Source: Gammaproteobacteria bacterium (GTDB taxonomy: Bacteria; Pseudomonadota; Gammaproteobacteria; SZUA-140). From it: 64,000 nucleotides of DNA. The stretch spans positions 79,428 to 143,427 of the forward strand of contig JAVEZY010000001.1 of the NCBI GenBank assembly GCA_034002745.1, given 5' to 3'. Position numbers and translations under genes: made by a program. Shown in pieces: positions 31,824-39,811 of the stretch (the first letter of the stretch is position 1; each line of letters starts with the position of its first letter). The notes beneath the pieces were generated by a model, which was not told the DNA's origin, searched no databases, and saw only the letters and a program-made list of their open reading frames with translations.

Positions 31824-33641
31824 ATGGCACCAGAACAGGCGCCGGAGACGGCGCGGACCTTCATCGAACCGATCAGCGTCGACAATCTGAGCGCGCTGTT
31901 GCGCGAAAGGGTGCGACGCACGCCGAAGACGCCCGCCTATCGCTGGTTCGATCGCGACACCTCGCGCTGGCGTGATATCGACTGGCGCGGGGTCGCGGCG
32001 CGCGTCGCGCGCTGGCAGGCGGCGATGCTGGGCGAGGGGGTGCGCGCCGGGGATCGGGTGGCGCTGATGGCGGGCAACGGCCTCGACTGGGTCTGCTTCG
32101 ATCAGGCCGCCATGGGGCTCGGGTTGGTGGTCGTTCCGCTCTACTTCAATGATCGCGGCGAGAACGTCGGCTGGATCCTGCGGCGTACCGGTGCCCGCCT
32201 GCTCTTCGTCGACGATCCCGCGCAGTGGCTGCGCGTCTCCCCCCAGCTTCGCGACGTGTCCTTGCGCATCGTACTCGGGGAAGGCGATGGTCTCGACTTC
32301 GAGGCCGATGAGCGTCTGGCCTTGCTGCGGGACTGGCTGCCGGCCGATGGCGGCGAGCTGCGCACGTCGAGCGCCAGCCGCAGCGCCCTGGCTACGATCG
32401 TCTATACCTCCGGCACCGCGGGACGTCCGAAGGGCGTTCTGCTGACCCACGGCAGTATCCTGTGGAACGCATGGGCTTCACACCGCTGCAGCGAGGTGCA
32501 TGCCGACGATGTGTTCCTCTCCTTTCTGCCGCTCTCGCACATGCTCGAACGGACCGTGGGCTGCTATCTGCCGACGATGGCTGGCGCGACGGTGGCATTC
32601 GCGCGCTCGGTCGCGAATCTGGCCGAGGACCTCGTGCAGATCCGCCCGACCGTGCTGATTTCGGTGCCCCGCATCTACGAGCGCATCCATGCCCGAATCG
32701 ATGAGGGAATGAAGCAGCGCTCCCCGTTGGGGCGCCGGCTCTTTCATGCCGCGGTCGCTACCGGCTGGGCGCGTTTCGAGCATGCGCAGGGGCGAGGCCA
32801 TTGGTCGCCGCGCCTTCTCGCCTGGCCGCTGCTGCGCCGTCTGGTGGCCAATCGCGTCACGGAGCGCCTCGGCGGCCGCTTGCGCATCGCCGTGTGCGGA
32901 GGTGCTCCACTGCAGATGCACGTTGCGCGCCGCTTCATCGCCCTCGGGGTGCCGCTGGTGCAGGGCTACGGCATGACCGAGCTCGGCCCGGTGGTCAGCG
33001 GCAACAGCCTGGAAGACAACGATCCGGCGAGCGTGGGCCGGCCGCTGCGCGATGTCGAGCTGCGCATTGGTCCCGCCAATGAGCTGCTGGTGCGAAGCCC
33101 CGGCCTGATGCAGGGTTACCTGGACGATGATGAAGCGACCGCAGCCGCCATCGACGCGGACGGGTGGATGCATACCGGCGACTGCGGTCGTATCGAGGAC
33201 GGGCGCATTTACATCACCGGACGCATCAAGGACATCATCGTGCTTTCGAACGGCGAGAAGGTGTCGCCGGTCGACATGGAAAGCGCGATTGCCATGCATC
33301 CGCTGTTCGAGCAGGCGATGGTGGTCGGTGAAGGACGGCCTTTCCTCGCCGCTTTGCTGGTGCTCGACCCGACGCAGTGGGAGGCCTTCGTCGCCGCACG
33401 CGGGCTGCGCGGCGATGCCAATGAGCTGCTGACGGATCCTCGGGCGCATGATGAGGTCTGCCGACAGGTCGGTGATCTGCTCGCCAGTTTCCCCGGGTAC
33501 GCGCAGGTGCGGCGCGTCGCTCTCACGCTGGAGCCATGGACGGTCGATAATGGTCTGCTCACGCCGACGATGAAGCTGCGCCGCACGGAGGTGATGGAGC
33601 GTATGAGCGCGGCCCTCGCGCACATGTATGCGGGACACTGA
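31824..33641 (+). CDS. AMP-dependent synthetase/ligase (long-chain acyl-CoA synthetase family)
   Basis: Internal start MAPEQAPETARTF... AMP-binding motif IVYTSGTAGRPKGV, YGMTELG, and GWMHTGDCGRIEDGRIYITGRIKD. 605 aa. Confidence 0.85.
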   Translation: MAPEQAPETARTFIEPISVDNLSALLRERVRRTPKTPAYRWFDRDTSRWRDIDWRGVAARVARWQAAMLGEGVRAGDRVALMAGNGLDWVCFDQAAMGLGLVVVPLYFNDRGENVGWILRRTGARLLFVDDPAQWLRVSPQLRDVSLRIVLGEGDGLDFEADERLALLRDWLPADGGELRTSSASRSALATIVYTSGTAGRPKGVLLTHGSILWNAWASHRCSEVHADDVFLSFLPLSHMLERTVGCYLPTMAGATVAFARSVANLAEDLVQIRPTVLISVPRIYERIHARIDEGMKQRSPLGRRLFHAAVATGWARFEHAQGRGHWSPRLLAWPLLRRLVANRVTERLGGRLRIAVCGGAPLQMHVARRFIALGVPLVQGYGMTELGPVVSGNSLEDNDPASVGRPLRDVELRIGPANELLVRSPGLMQGYLDDDEATAAAIDADGWMHTGDCGRIEDGRIYITGRIKDIIVLSNGEKVSPVDMESAIAMHPLFEQAMVVGEGRPFLAALLVLDPTQWEAFVAARGLRGDANELLTDPRAHDEVCRQVGDLLASFPGYAQVRRVALTLEPWTVDNGLLTPTMKLRRTEVMERMSAALAHMYAGH

Positions 33642-33651
33642 GGAGAAGGAC

Positions 33652-34053
33652 ATGAATGAGAGCACCATGGCACCGCCACCGGGCGCGCCCGCGATCCGGG
33701 TGCTGGCCATGCCGGCCGACACCAACCCGGCGGGGGACATCTTCGGCGGCTGGATCATGTCCCAGGTCGATATCGCCGGCAGCATCGCAGCCTATCGGCG
33801 CGCATCCGGGCGGGTGGTCACGGTGGCGGTGAATTCCTTTCAGTTTCATCATCCCGTCTTCGTCGGGGATCTGGTGAGCTGTTATGCCGAAGTCGTGCGG
33901 GTCGGTCGCACCTCGCTTACCGTCGAGGTGCAGGTCTTCGCCGAGCGCAATCGCGGCGGAGGCGAGCGCATCAGAGTCACCGAAGCAACCTTGACCTATG
34001 TGGCCATCGGCGCCGATCGGCGTCCGCGCCCGGTGGACAGTCCCGGCTCCTGA
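33652..34053 (+). CDS. Acyl-CoA thioesterase (hotdog fold, YciA-like)
   Basis: ATG 33652 after AGGAGAAGGA; ...PADTNPAGDIFGGWIMSQVDIAGSIAA... is the hotdog thioesterase signature. Confidence 0.8.
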   Translation: MNESTMAPPPGAPAIRVLAMPADTNPAGDIFGGWIMSQVDIAGSIAAYRRASGRVVTVAVNSFQFHHPVFVGDLVSCYAEVVRVGRTSLTVEVQVFAERNRGGGERIRVTEATLTYVAIGADRRPRPVDSPGS

Positions 34054-34056
34054 CCT

Positions 34057-34290
34057 TCAGGCGTGATCGACGATGTCGTGAATACCGCGCGCCCGCGCGC
34101 AGCTGGCGCAGCAGTAGATTTCGTTGCCCGCTTCCACGCCGTGTCCGACGATACGGCAGCCGCAATGGCCGCATTTCGGCGCCAGCCGGTGGATGGCGCA
34201 TTCGAAGCTGTCGAACACGTGCCTTTCTCCCGCCGCCAGCACTTCGAACGCCAGGTGATAGTCGTTACCGCACACCTCGCACTTGGCCAT
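34057..34290 (-). CDS. Small Cys/His-rich putative metal-binding protein with two YHS/TRASH-like zinc-ribbon half-sites
   Basis: 77 aa with 9 Cys and 7 His: [15 protein letters not shown]...[10 protein letters not shown]...[10 protein letters not shown]...[11 protein letters not shown]. Strong RBS AAGGAGG. Directly downstream of the HlyD-permease-ATPase operon on the same strand. No signal peptide. Confidence 0.6.
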   Translation of the reverse strand: MAKCEVCGNDYHLAFEVLAAGERHVFDSFECAIHRLAPKCGHCGCRIVGHGVEAGNEIYCCASCARARGIHDIVDHA

Positions 34291-34383
34291 GTCGCACCTC
34301 CTTGTTCTCGTGAGTCCACGTTACCCCAAGCCCGCGTCGCGCGGAAAGCGGGCGGATGGACAGGCGCATTTCGCGGCCGTTGC

Positions 34384-35118
34384 TCAGTTGTCCGCTGCGG
34401 CGTGCCTTTCGTCCCGCACGATGCGTCCATCGACGAGTTCGATGACCCGGTCGCAGCGGGCCGACAGGCGTGGATCGTGGGTGACGACGAGAACGGCGCA
34501 ACCGAACGTGCGGTTGAAACGACGCAACAACTCGAAGACGCCGTCCGCCGTCACCGTATCCAGGTTGCCGGTCGGTTCGTCCGCGAGCAGGAGGGCGGGA
34601 CGTGCCGCCAGCGCACGCGCAATGGCGACCCGCTGCTGCTGACCGCCGGACAACTGATCGGGGTAGCGATCGATCTGGGCAGCAAGCCCGACATCGGTGA
34701 GCAACTGCCGTGCCCAGGCGCTCGCTTCGGGGTTGGGGCGTCCGCGGCGCAGCATGTGCGGCATGAGCACGTTCTCCAGCGCGGTGAATGCCGGAATCAG
34801 ATGATGGAACTGAAACACGAAGCCGATGGTTGTGGCGCGACGGGCGGTCAGTTCGGCGTCGCTCATTTCCGCCGTTGGTTCGCCGAGGAGCTGAATGCGG
34901 CCCCGGGTCGGCCGATCCAGCAGTCCGATGAGATTGAGCAGGGTGCTCTTGCCCGAGCCGGAAGGCCCGACCAGCGCCGCGAAATCTCCGCGCGTGAGCG
35001 CGAGATCGATACCATGCAGCACTTCGGCTTCGGTCGGCAGCCCGAGGTTGTAGGACTTGCCGATGCCCTCCAGCCGGAGAACTTCGTCGGCCGAGTTGAA
35101 ATCGCCCGCTTCAGCCAT
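34384..35118 (-). CDS. ABC transporter ATP-binding protein (MacB/LolD/FtsE-like)
   Basis: Walker [10 protein letters not shown], signature [15 protein letters not shown], Walker [14 protein letters not shown]-loop VVTHD. Confidence 0.85.
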   Translation of the reverse strand: MAEAGDFNSADEVLRLEGIGKSYNLGLPTEAEVLHGIDLALTRGDFAALVGPSGSGKSTLLNLIGLLDRPTRGRIQLLGEPTAEMSDAELTARRATTIGFVFQFHHLIPAFTALENVLMPHMLRRGRPNPEASAWARQLLTDVGLAAQIDRYPDQLSGGQQQRVAIARALAARPALLLADEPTGNLDTVTADGVFELLRRFNRTFGCAVLVVTHDPRLSARCDRVIELVDGRIVRDERHAAADN

Positions 35119-36310
35119 TCCTGATCGCCGTGACCGGATCGAGCCGCGCGGCGCGCCGGGCGGGCTGGCTGGCGGCGAGCGCGCCGACGGTGGTCGCCAG
35201 AACCATGGTGGCGGCGATCAGGCCGGGAGTGACGGATACCTCGAACAGGCCCGGACCGAAAGTGTCGAAACTGGCGATCAGTAAAACACCACAGATGCTG
35301 CCGGTGATGGCGCCGATCATGCCGAGCAATGCGCCCTGGAGGACGAAAACCAGCAGCATCTGCCGCTGTCCCGCGCCCATTGCGCGCAGAATGCCGATCT
35401 GCCGCGTTCGCTGCACCACGCTGACCGAAAGCACGCTGGCAATGCCGAAGGCAACGGAGACCGCGACGAAAAAGCTGATCATGCGGGTCGATAGCCGCTG
35501 GGCGGCCAGCGCGTTCATGAGCTGCGCATTCGTTTCCATCCAGCTCTCGCTCTTCAATCCGGTGAGGCCGCCGATCCGTGCCGCGATGGCGTCGGCGTCG
35601 AAGATGTCGGCCACGGTCAGGTCGATTGTGGTCACGCCGCCGGGCAGGTCGATCAAAGTCTGCACCTGCTTCAGATCCATGTAGACATAGCGTTCGTCGA
35701 GTTCACGCACGCCGAGTTCGAAAATACCGCTGATGTCGACGGTCGCCGTGCGCCCGTTGCCCGCGTCGATGCGAAGGCGATCGCCGGGCCGCAGTCCGAG
35801 TTCGGTGGCGAGGCGGTGACCGATCACGACCTTGTCCGCGGCTGGCTGGAAGCGGCCGGCGACCATGTCACGATCCACGGGAATCACGCGCAGGTAGCGC
35901 TCCGGATCCATGCCGATCAGGGCAACCGAGCGGCGGGCATTGCCGCGCTGGGCGAATGCCGGGCCCGAAACCAGCGGTGATACGGCGTCGAGCATCGGGT
36001 CGGTATCGAGCAGGTCACGCATGTGCTGCCAGTTGTTGATCGAGCGCAGGCGCTGCGGTCGTGGATCTTCCAGCGTGAGGCGGGTGATATCGCCGGCTGG
36101 CGCGATGTGGTTCACCTCGTCGGGAGCGTGAAGTGTGATGTGAGCCTGGGTTCCCAGTGTGCGCGCGATGATGTTGGCCTGCAGGCCAGAGATAAGCGCG
36201 GTGACGAAGACGATGACGGCAACGCCGATGGTGATGCCGAACAGGATGAGGATGGTTTGTCCGCGGCCATCGCGGAGAAATCGAACGGCGATCATCCATG
36301 CCGTCCACAT
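35111..36310 (-). CDS. ABC transporter permease, FtsX/MacB-type (N-terminal TM, large periplasmic domain, three C-terminal TM helices)
   Basis: 399 aa with the FtsX-like permease architecture. It overlaps the ATPase gene by 8 nt. Confidence 0.85.
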   Translation of the reverse strand: MWTAWMIAVRFLRDGRGQTILILFGITIGVAVIVFVTALISGLQANIIARTLGTQAHITLHAPDEVNHIAPAGDITRLTLEDPRPQRLRSINNWQHMRDLLDTDPMLDAVSPLVSGPAFAQRGNARRSVALIGMDPERYLRVIPVDRDMVAGRFQPAADKVVIGHRLATELGLRPGDRLRIDAGNGRTATVDISGIFELGVRELDERYVYMDLKQVQTLIDLPGGVTTIDLTVADIFDADAIAARIGGLTGLKSESWMETNAQLMNALAAQRLSTRMISFFVAVSVAFGIASVLSVSVVQRTRQIGILRAMGAGQRQMLLVFVLQGALLGMIGAITGSICGVLLIASFDTFGPGLFEVSVTPGLIAATMVLATTVGALAASQPARRAARLDPVTAIRNG

Positions 36311-36314
36311 GATC

Positions 36315-37526
36315 TCAGTTCACTCCCGCCGGAATCTCGCGTCGGGTGGAGGAATCCGCTGGCGTGCCGGCCCTTTCGCGCAGGCGGATCCGGGTTCCTT
36401 CGGCAACCGTCCCGACGATCACCCTGTCGCCAGCAGACAGGCCCGACAGTACCTCGCTGGTACCGCCTGCGCGCAGGCCCAGCTCGATTTCGCGCGCCTG
36501 GGCCCGGCCTTCGTGCGCCACCAGCACCCGCGCCCGTCCATTCGCGACCCCCTGCAGCGCATCATCCGGAATCGCCAGGGCGGCATTTCGCCGCGCGGTC
36601 TCGATGGTCACCGTGACTGTCATGTCCTGACGCAACCAGGCCGGAGGCTCGGGAACACGCAGACGCAGCTCGACGGTGCCGCGATCGGCATCGATCAGCG
36701 GCGCGACGAAGTACAGCGTCGCGGGAAATGCCAGCTCAGGAAAGGCGTCGGTAATGCATCGCGCCTGCTGGCCCGGCGCCAGATAGGCGAGGTTGCGTTC
36801 GTCGGCATTTACCGAGATCTCGATTTTGCCATCAAGTGCGATCTCGAAAAGGACCTGCCCCGGCTGCACCAGATCGCCCGGCTCCACCGCCCGGCTCAGG
36901 ATGGTACCGGAGACGCCGGCGCGAATGATGGTGCGTGAGAGCGCGACCCGCGCCTCTTCGATGCGGGCGCGCAGCAGCGCTTCCTCCGGTCCGTTTTCCC
37001 GCAGGGCTTCGGCTGTCAGCCGCGCGCGCTCCGCCGCGGCGCGTTCCACGGATTCGGCACGTTCGGCAAGCTCGAATGCTTCCGCGGAGATCAGTCCGCG
37101 ATCGAGAAGTTCGCGCCGGCGTTGTGCTTCGCGCTCCGCCTGTGCCAGGCGTATTTCGGTCTCGCGGACGGCGACCCGGGATTGTGGCCGATCGGATTCC
37201 GTCAGGCGGGTGAGCGCCGCCTCGGCTTCCCGCAGGCGGGCACGCTGCTCATCGTCCCGCAACACGAGCAGCACGTCCTGTGGCGCGACACGGTCTCCTT
37301 CGTGGACGTGCCGCTCGCGCACCACGCCGCTGATCTCGCTGCCGATACGGGCGCGTGACGGTGTGATCACCCGTCCGGTGGCAACCACGTGCTGGGCCAG
37401 GGGGCGCGTTTCGAGCTGATAGTAAGGCATCGCCACGCCGCGAATCCTGAGCAGCACGACGGTGGCCACGATGAGGAGCAGCACCACGGACAGAAGGATC
37501 AAATGGCGGCTCTGATGCTGCGGCAA
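36315..37526 (-). CDS. HlyD/MacA-family periplasmic adaptor (membrane fusion protein)
   Basis: N-terminal TM anchor, a long coiled-coil hairpin (RLREAEAALTRL...), and beta-barrel/lipoyl motifs. It is the first gene of the three-component efflux operon. Confidence 0.8.
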   Translation of the reverse strand: MPQHQSRHLILLSVVLLLIVATVVLLRIRGVAMPYYQLETRPLAQHVVATGRVITPSRARIGSEISGVVRERHVHEGDRVAPQDVLLVLRDDEQRARLREAEAALTRLTESDRPQSRVAVRETEIRLAQAEREAQRRRELLDRGLISAEAFELAERAESVERAAAERARLTAEALRENGPEEALLRARIEEARVALSRTIIRAGVSGTILSRAVEPGDLVQPGQVLFEIALDGKIEISVNADERNLAYLAPGQQARCITDAFPELAFPATLYFVAPLIDADRGTVELRLRVPEPPAWLRQDMTVTVTIETARRNAALAIPDDALQGVANGRARVLVAHEGRAQAREIELGLRAGGTSEVLSGLSAGDRVIVGTVAEGTRIRLRERAGTPADSSTRREIPAGVN

Positions 37527-37582
37527 GCTCGGTTCTCCGGACGAAACTGACTTTCAGGTCGATGCCGCAGCGCGGCGCCCGG

Positions 37583-37921
37583 TCACTGCGGATCCGGCGC
37601 GGCGATGAGGTGAATGATATTAGAAGGGTTCGCTACCCAGAAGCCCTTGAAGCCCGCTGGCAGCGGTTCGATGCCGTCGCGGCGCAGGCAGCCCTGCTGG
37701 CGCAGATACTCCGCCGCGGCGTCGATATCCTCGGCGATCACTTTCAGCCACAGCTCGGCCTGGCTCAGCGTCGCCACCCGGTCGATCCACAGTACCTTGT
37801 CGCCGAATTCGAAGGCTGTCGTTTCGGCACCGCCAGGCGCGGTGTCGGCGAGATGGCGAAAGCCGGGCGTGTCCCGGTAAAAGGCAGCGGTACGTTCGTA
37901 TTCGTGATCGGGAGTCTTCAT
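37583..37921 (-). CDS. VOC/glyoxalase-bleomycin resistance family protein
   Basis: Internal start MKTPDHEYERTAAFYRDTPGF...; small beta-alpha-beta-beta-beta module fold signature. Weak assignment. Confidence 0.55.
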   Translation of the reverse strand: MKTPDHEYERTAAFYRDTPGFRHLADTAPGGAETTAFEFGDKVLWIDRVATLSQAELWLKVIAEDIDAAAEYLRQQGCLRRDGIEPLPAGFKGFWVANPSNIIHLIAAPDPQ

Positions 37922-38012
37922 GGCGATGTTGCGGCCCGCGCGGAATACCGGCTTCATGAGATTTCCTCGATCTGTGGGGGGGCAAGCGGCGATAATCGGC
38001 CGCCGCGCCGGC

Positions 38013-38627
38013 CTACGGCGTGCCTTCGAAGAAGTCGACGATGCCGGTTTCCAGCGAGTATTCAGCGCCGACCACCAGCAGTTTCTTTTGCTGGATCAGG
38101 CGCTCGAGTAGCTCCGATCCATGGCGAAGCTGATTGGCCGCGACGCGGATGTTGGTGCGTACGGCCTTGCGCATGAGGGCGGCGGGCTGCTTTGCCAGAT
38201 CCGTATGCAGCAGGCCTTCCACCGCCGGCCTGATACGATCCACGATGGAGCGCAGGTTGCGGGACTGATCCGATGGCCGCTGGAGCTCATCGATGGTGGC
38301 CTGGACCGCGCCGCAACTGGAGTGCCCGAGGACGACCACCAGCGGGGTCGCATAGCGGGCGGCAGCGAACTCCACGCTGCCGATTTGCGAAGGCGCGACG
38401 ATGTTACCGGCGACGCGGATCACGAAAAGATCCCCGAGTCCCTGGTCGAAGACGATCTCGGCAGGCACACGAGAGTCCGAGCAGCCCAGGATGATGGCGA
38501 ACGGCTCCTGTCCCGCAGTCAGCTCGTGCCGCCGCCCCTGATGGATGGGTATGTCGTCGCGCACGCCGGCGGCGAAGCGGCGGTTACCTTCGCGCAGTCT
38601 CTCGAGCGCATCCGGTGCGGAAATCAT
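38013..38627 (-). CDS. Beta-class carbonic anhydrase
   Basis: Zn ligands in CSDSR...HSSCGAV and the conserved dyad. 204 aa. Confidence 0.85.
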   Translation of the reverse strand: MISAPDALERLREGNRRFAAGVRDDIPIHQGRRHELTAGQEPFAIILGCSDSRVPAEIVFDQGLGDLFVIRVAGNIVAPSQIGSVEFAAARYATPLVVVLGHSSCGAVQATIDELQRPSDQSRNLRSIVDRIRPAVEGLLHTDLAKQPAALMRKAVRTNIRVAANQLRHGSELLERLIQQKKLLVVGAEYSLETGIVDFFEGTP

Positions 38628-38661
38628 GTGGTAGCTGGCTGGTGATTGCGGGTGTGCGCGT

Positions 38662-39072
38662 TCAGCGATGCAGTTCGCCTTCGGATTCGGGCTGATAGAT
38701 CACATCGAGTATCCGCAACTGCAGTTTGCGGCCGCCTGGCACCTGCCAGGAGATCGACTGGCCGACCGACAGGCCAAGCAGCGCACTGCCGACCGGCGCC
38801 AGAACCGACACGGTGCCGGCCTGTCCGCTCGCTTCGGGGTAGACCAGGGTCAACTCGAACTCCGAGCCACTTGCATCGTCGACGAAACGCACTCGCGAAT
38901 TCATGGTGACGACCCCTGCGGGCATGTCGGCGGGTTCCATGATCGTTGCGCGATCGATCTCGCGCCGCAAAGCATCGATTCCGGGCATGTGGCGGAACTG
39001 GCCTGCGTCCATGATTCGTTCGAGTCGATCCAGGTCCAGACTGGATACGACGATAGGGGTTTGTTCTGTCAT
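38662..39072 (-). CDS. rnk: GreA/GreB-family regulator lacking the N-terminal coiled coil (nucleoside diphosphate kinase regulator Rnk-like)
   Basis: Internal start MTEQTPIVVSSLDLDRLERI...; colinear with E. coli Rnk (VVTMNSRV...LVYP...APVGAALLGL..G). Confidence 0.75.
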   Translation of the reverse strand: MTEQTPIVVSSLDLDRLERIMDAGQFRHMPGIDALRREIDRATIMEPADMPAGVVTMNSRVRFVDDASGSEFELTLVYPEASGQAGTVSVLAPVGSALLGLSVGQSISWQVPGGRKLQLRILDVIYQPESEGELHR

Positions 39073-39190
39073 TCTGTCCTCGAAGCTACGTATATCCGCG
39101 TACGAACCGACGACCGTGCTTACTGACGCATCATCGCTCGTTTCCCCAAAAAAGCAAAGATAGCCGGCGGATGCCACATGGCCGGCGGAT

Positions 39191-39565
39191 TCAGCGATGG
39201 TCGAGCAGTTCCGTGTCTTCGTCCGAGTAGGGCGGTGCGCAGCAACACAAGAGCCGCAGTTCGTCTTCTCCGTCGTTCAGGAGCGCGTGCGGTTTCCCGG
39301 GGGCGATGCACACCGTATCGCCGGAGGTGACCCTGAAGCTCCGGTCGCCAAGCTCCATGATCCCGCTTCCCGAGAGGAAATGATAGATCTCTTCGCTGCG
39401 TTCGTGCCGGTGCGGCAGGGTGCGGTTTCCGGGTGGGACAATGGCCTCGGCCAGGCTCTGGTGATGGTTGCCGTGCTCCCGGGGGTGCATCAGCTCACGC
39501 ACGAGCGAGCCGTCGAGTGTTACGAACGGGTGGCAGTCATCCCGGGACTTTTTCGGTTCGCTCAT
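39191..39565 (-). CDS. Cupin domain protein
   Basis: The conserved cupin motifs G(x)5HxH...E and G...P.G..H (PHRHERSEEIYHFLSGSG...PGKPHAL). Confidence 0.65.
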   Translation of the reverse strand: MSEPKKSRDDCHPFVTLDGSLVRELMHPREHGNHHQSLAEAIVPPGNRTLPHRHERSEEIYHFLSGSGIMELGDRSFRVTSGDTVCIAPGKPHALLNDGEDELRLLCCCAPPYSDEDTELLDHR

Positions 39566-39583
39566 GGCGGCGGAGCATCCTCA

Positions 39584-39811
39584 GGATGTCCCGCCGCGAC
39601 GAATCGATGCCATCGCGCCGTCCAGTGCCAGCAGTTCATGGCCATCCTTCTCCAGGCTGGATGATGCCTGTTTCGCGGCGTCTTCGGACTGGAAGACGAA
39701 GTCGACGACCTCGCCGACGGCACGCCCGCGCAATTCATGCCTTGCCTTGATGTAATGCAGCGGGCAGCCGTAGGTGCTCAGGTCTACAGGGCGGCTCCTG
39801 CCCTTTTTTTT
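39584..39811 (-). CDS. TusA-family (SirA/YedF/YeeD) sulfur-carrier domain ORF with no start codon of its own; it lies in the -1 frame immediately after the sulfite reductase stop
   Basis: Hand translation of the minus strand gives (stop)KKKGRSRPVDLSTYGCPLHYIKARHELRGRAVGEVVDFVFQSEDAAKQASSSLEKDGHELLALDGAMASIRRGGTS*. This aligns position-for-position with E. coli TusA (LDALGLRCPEPV...GE.L...D.A...DIPGF....EHELVA...YLIRKGG), including the catalytic Cys. There is no ATG, GTG or TTG between the upstream in-frame TGA and the Cys motif. Confidence 0.5.
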
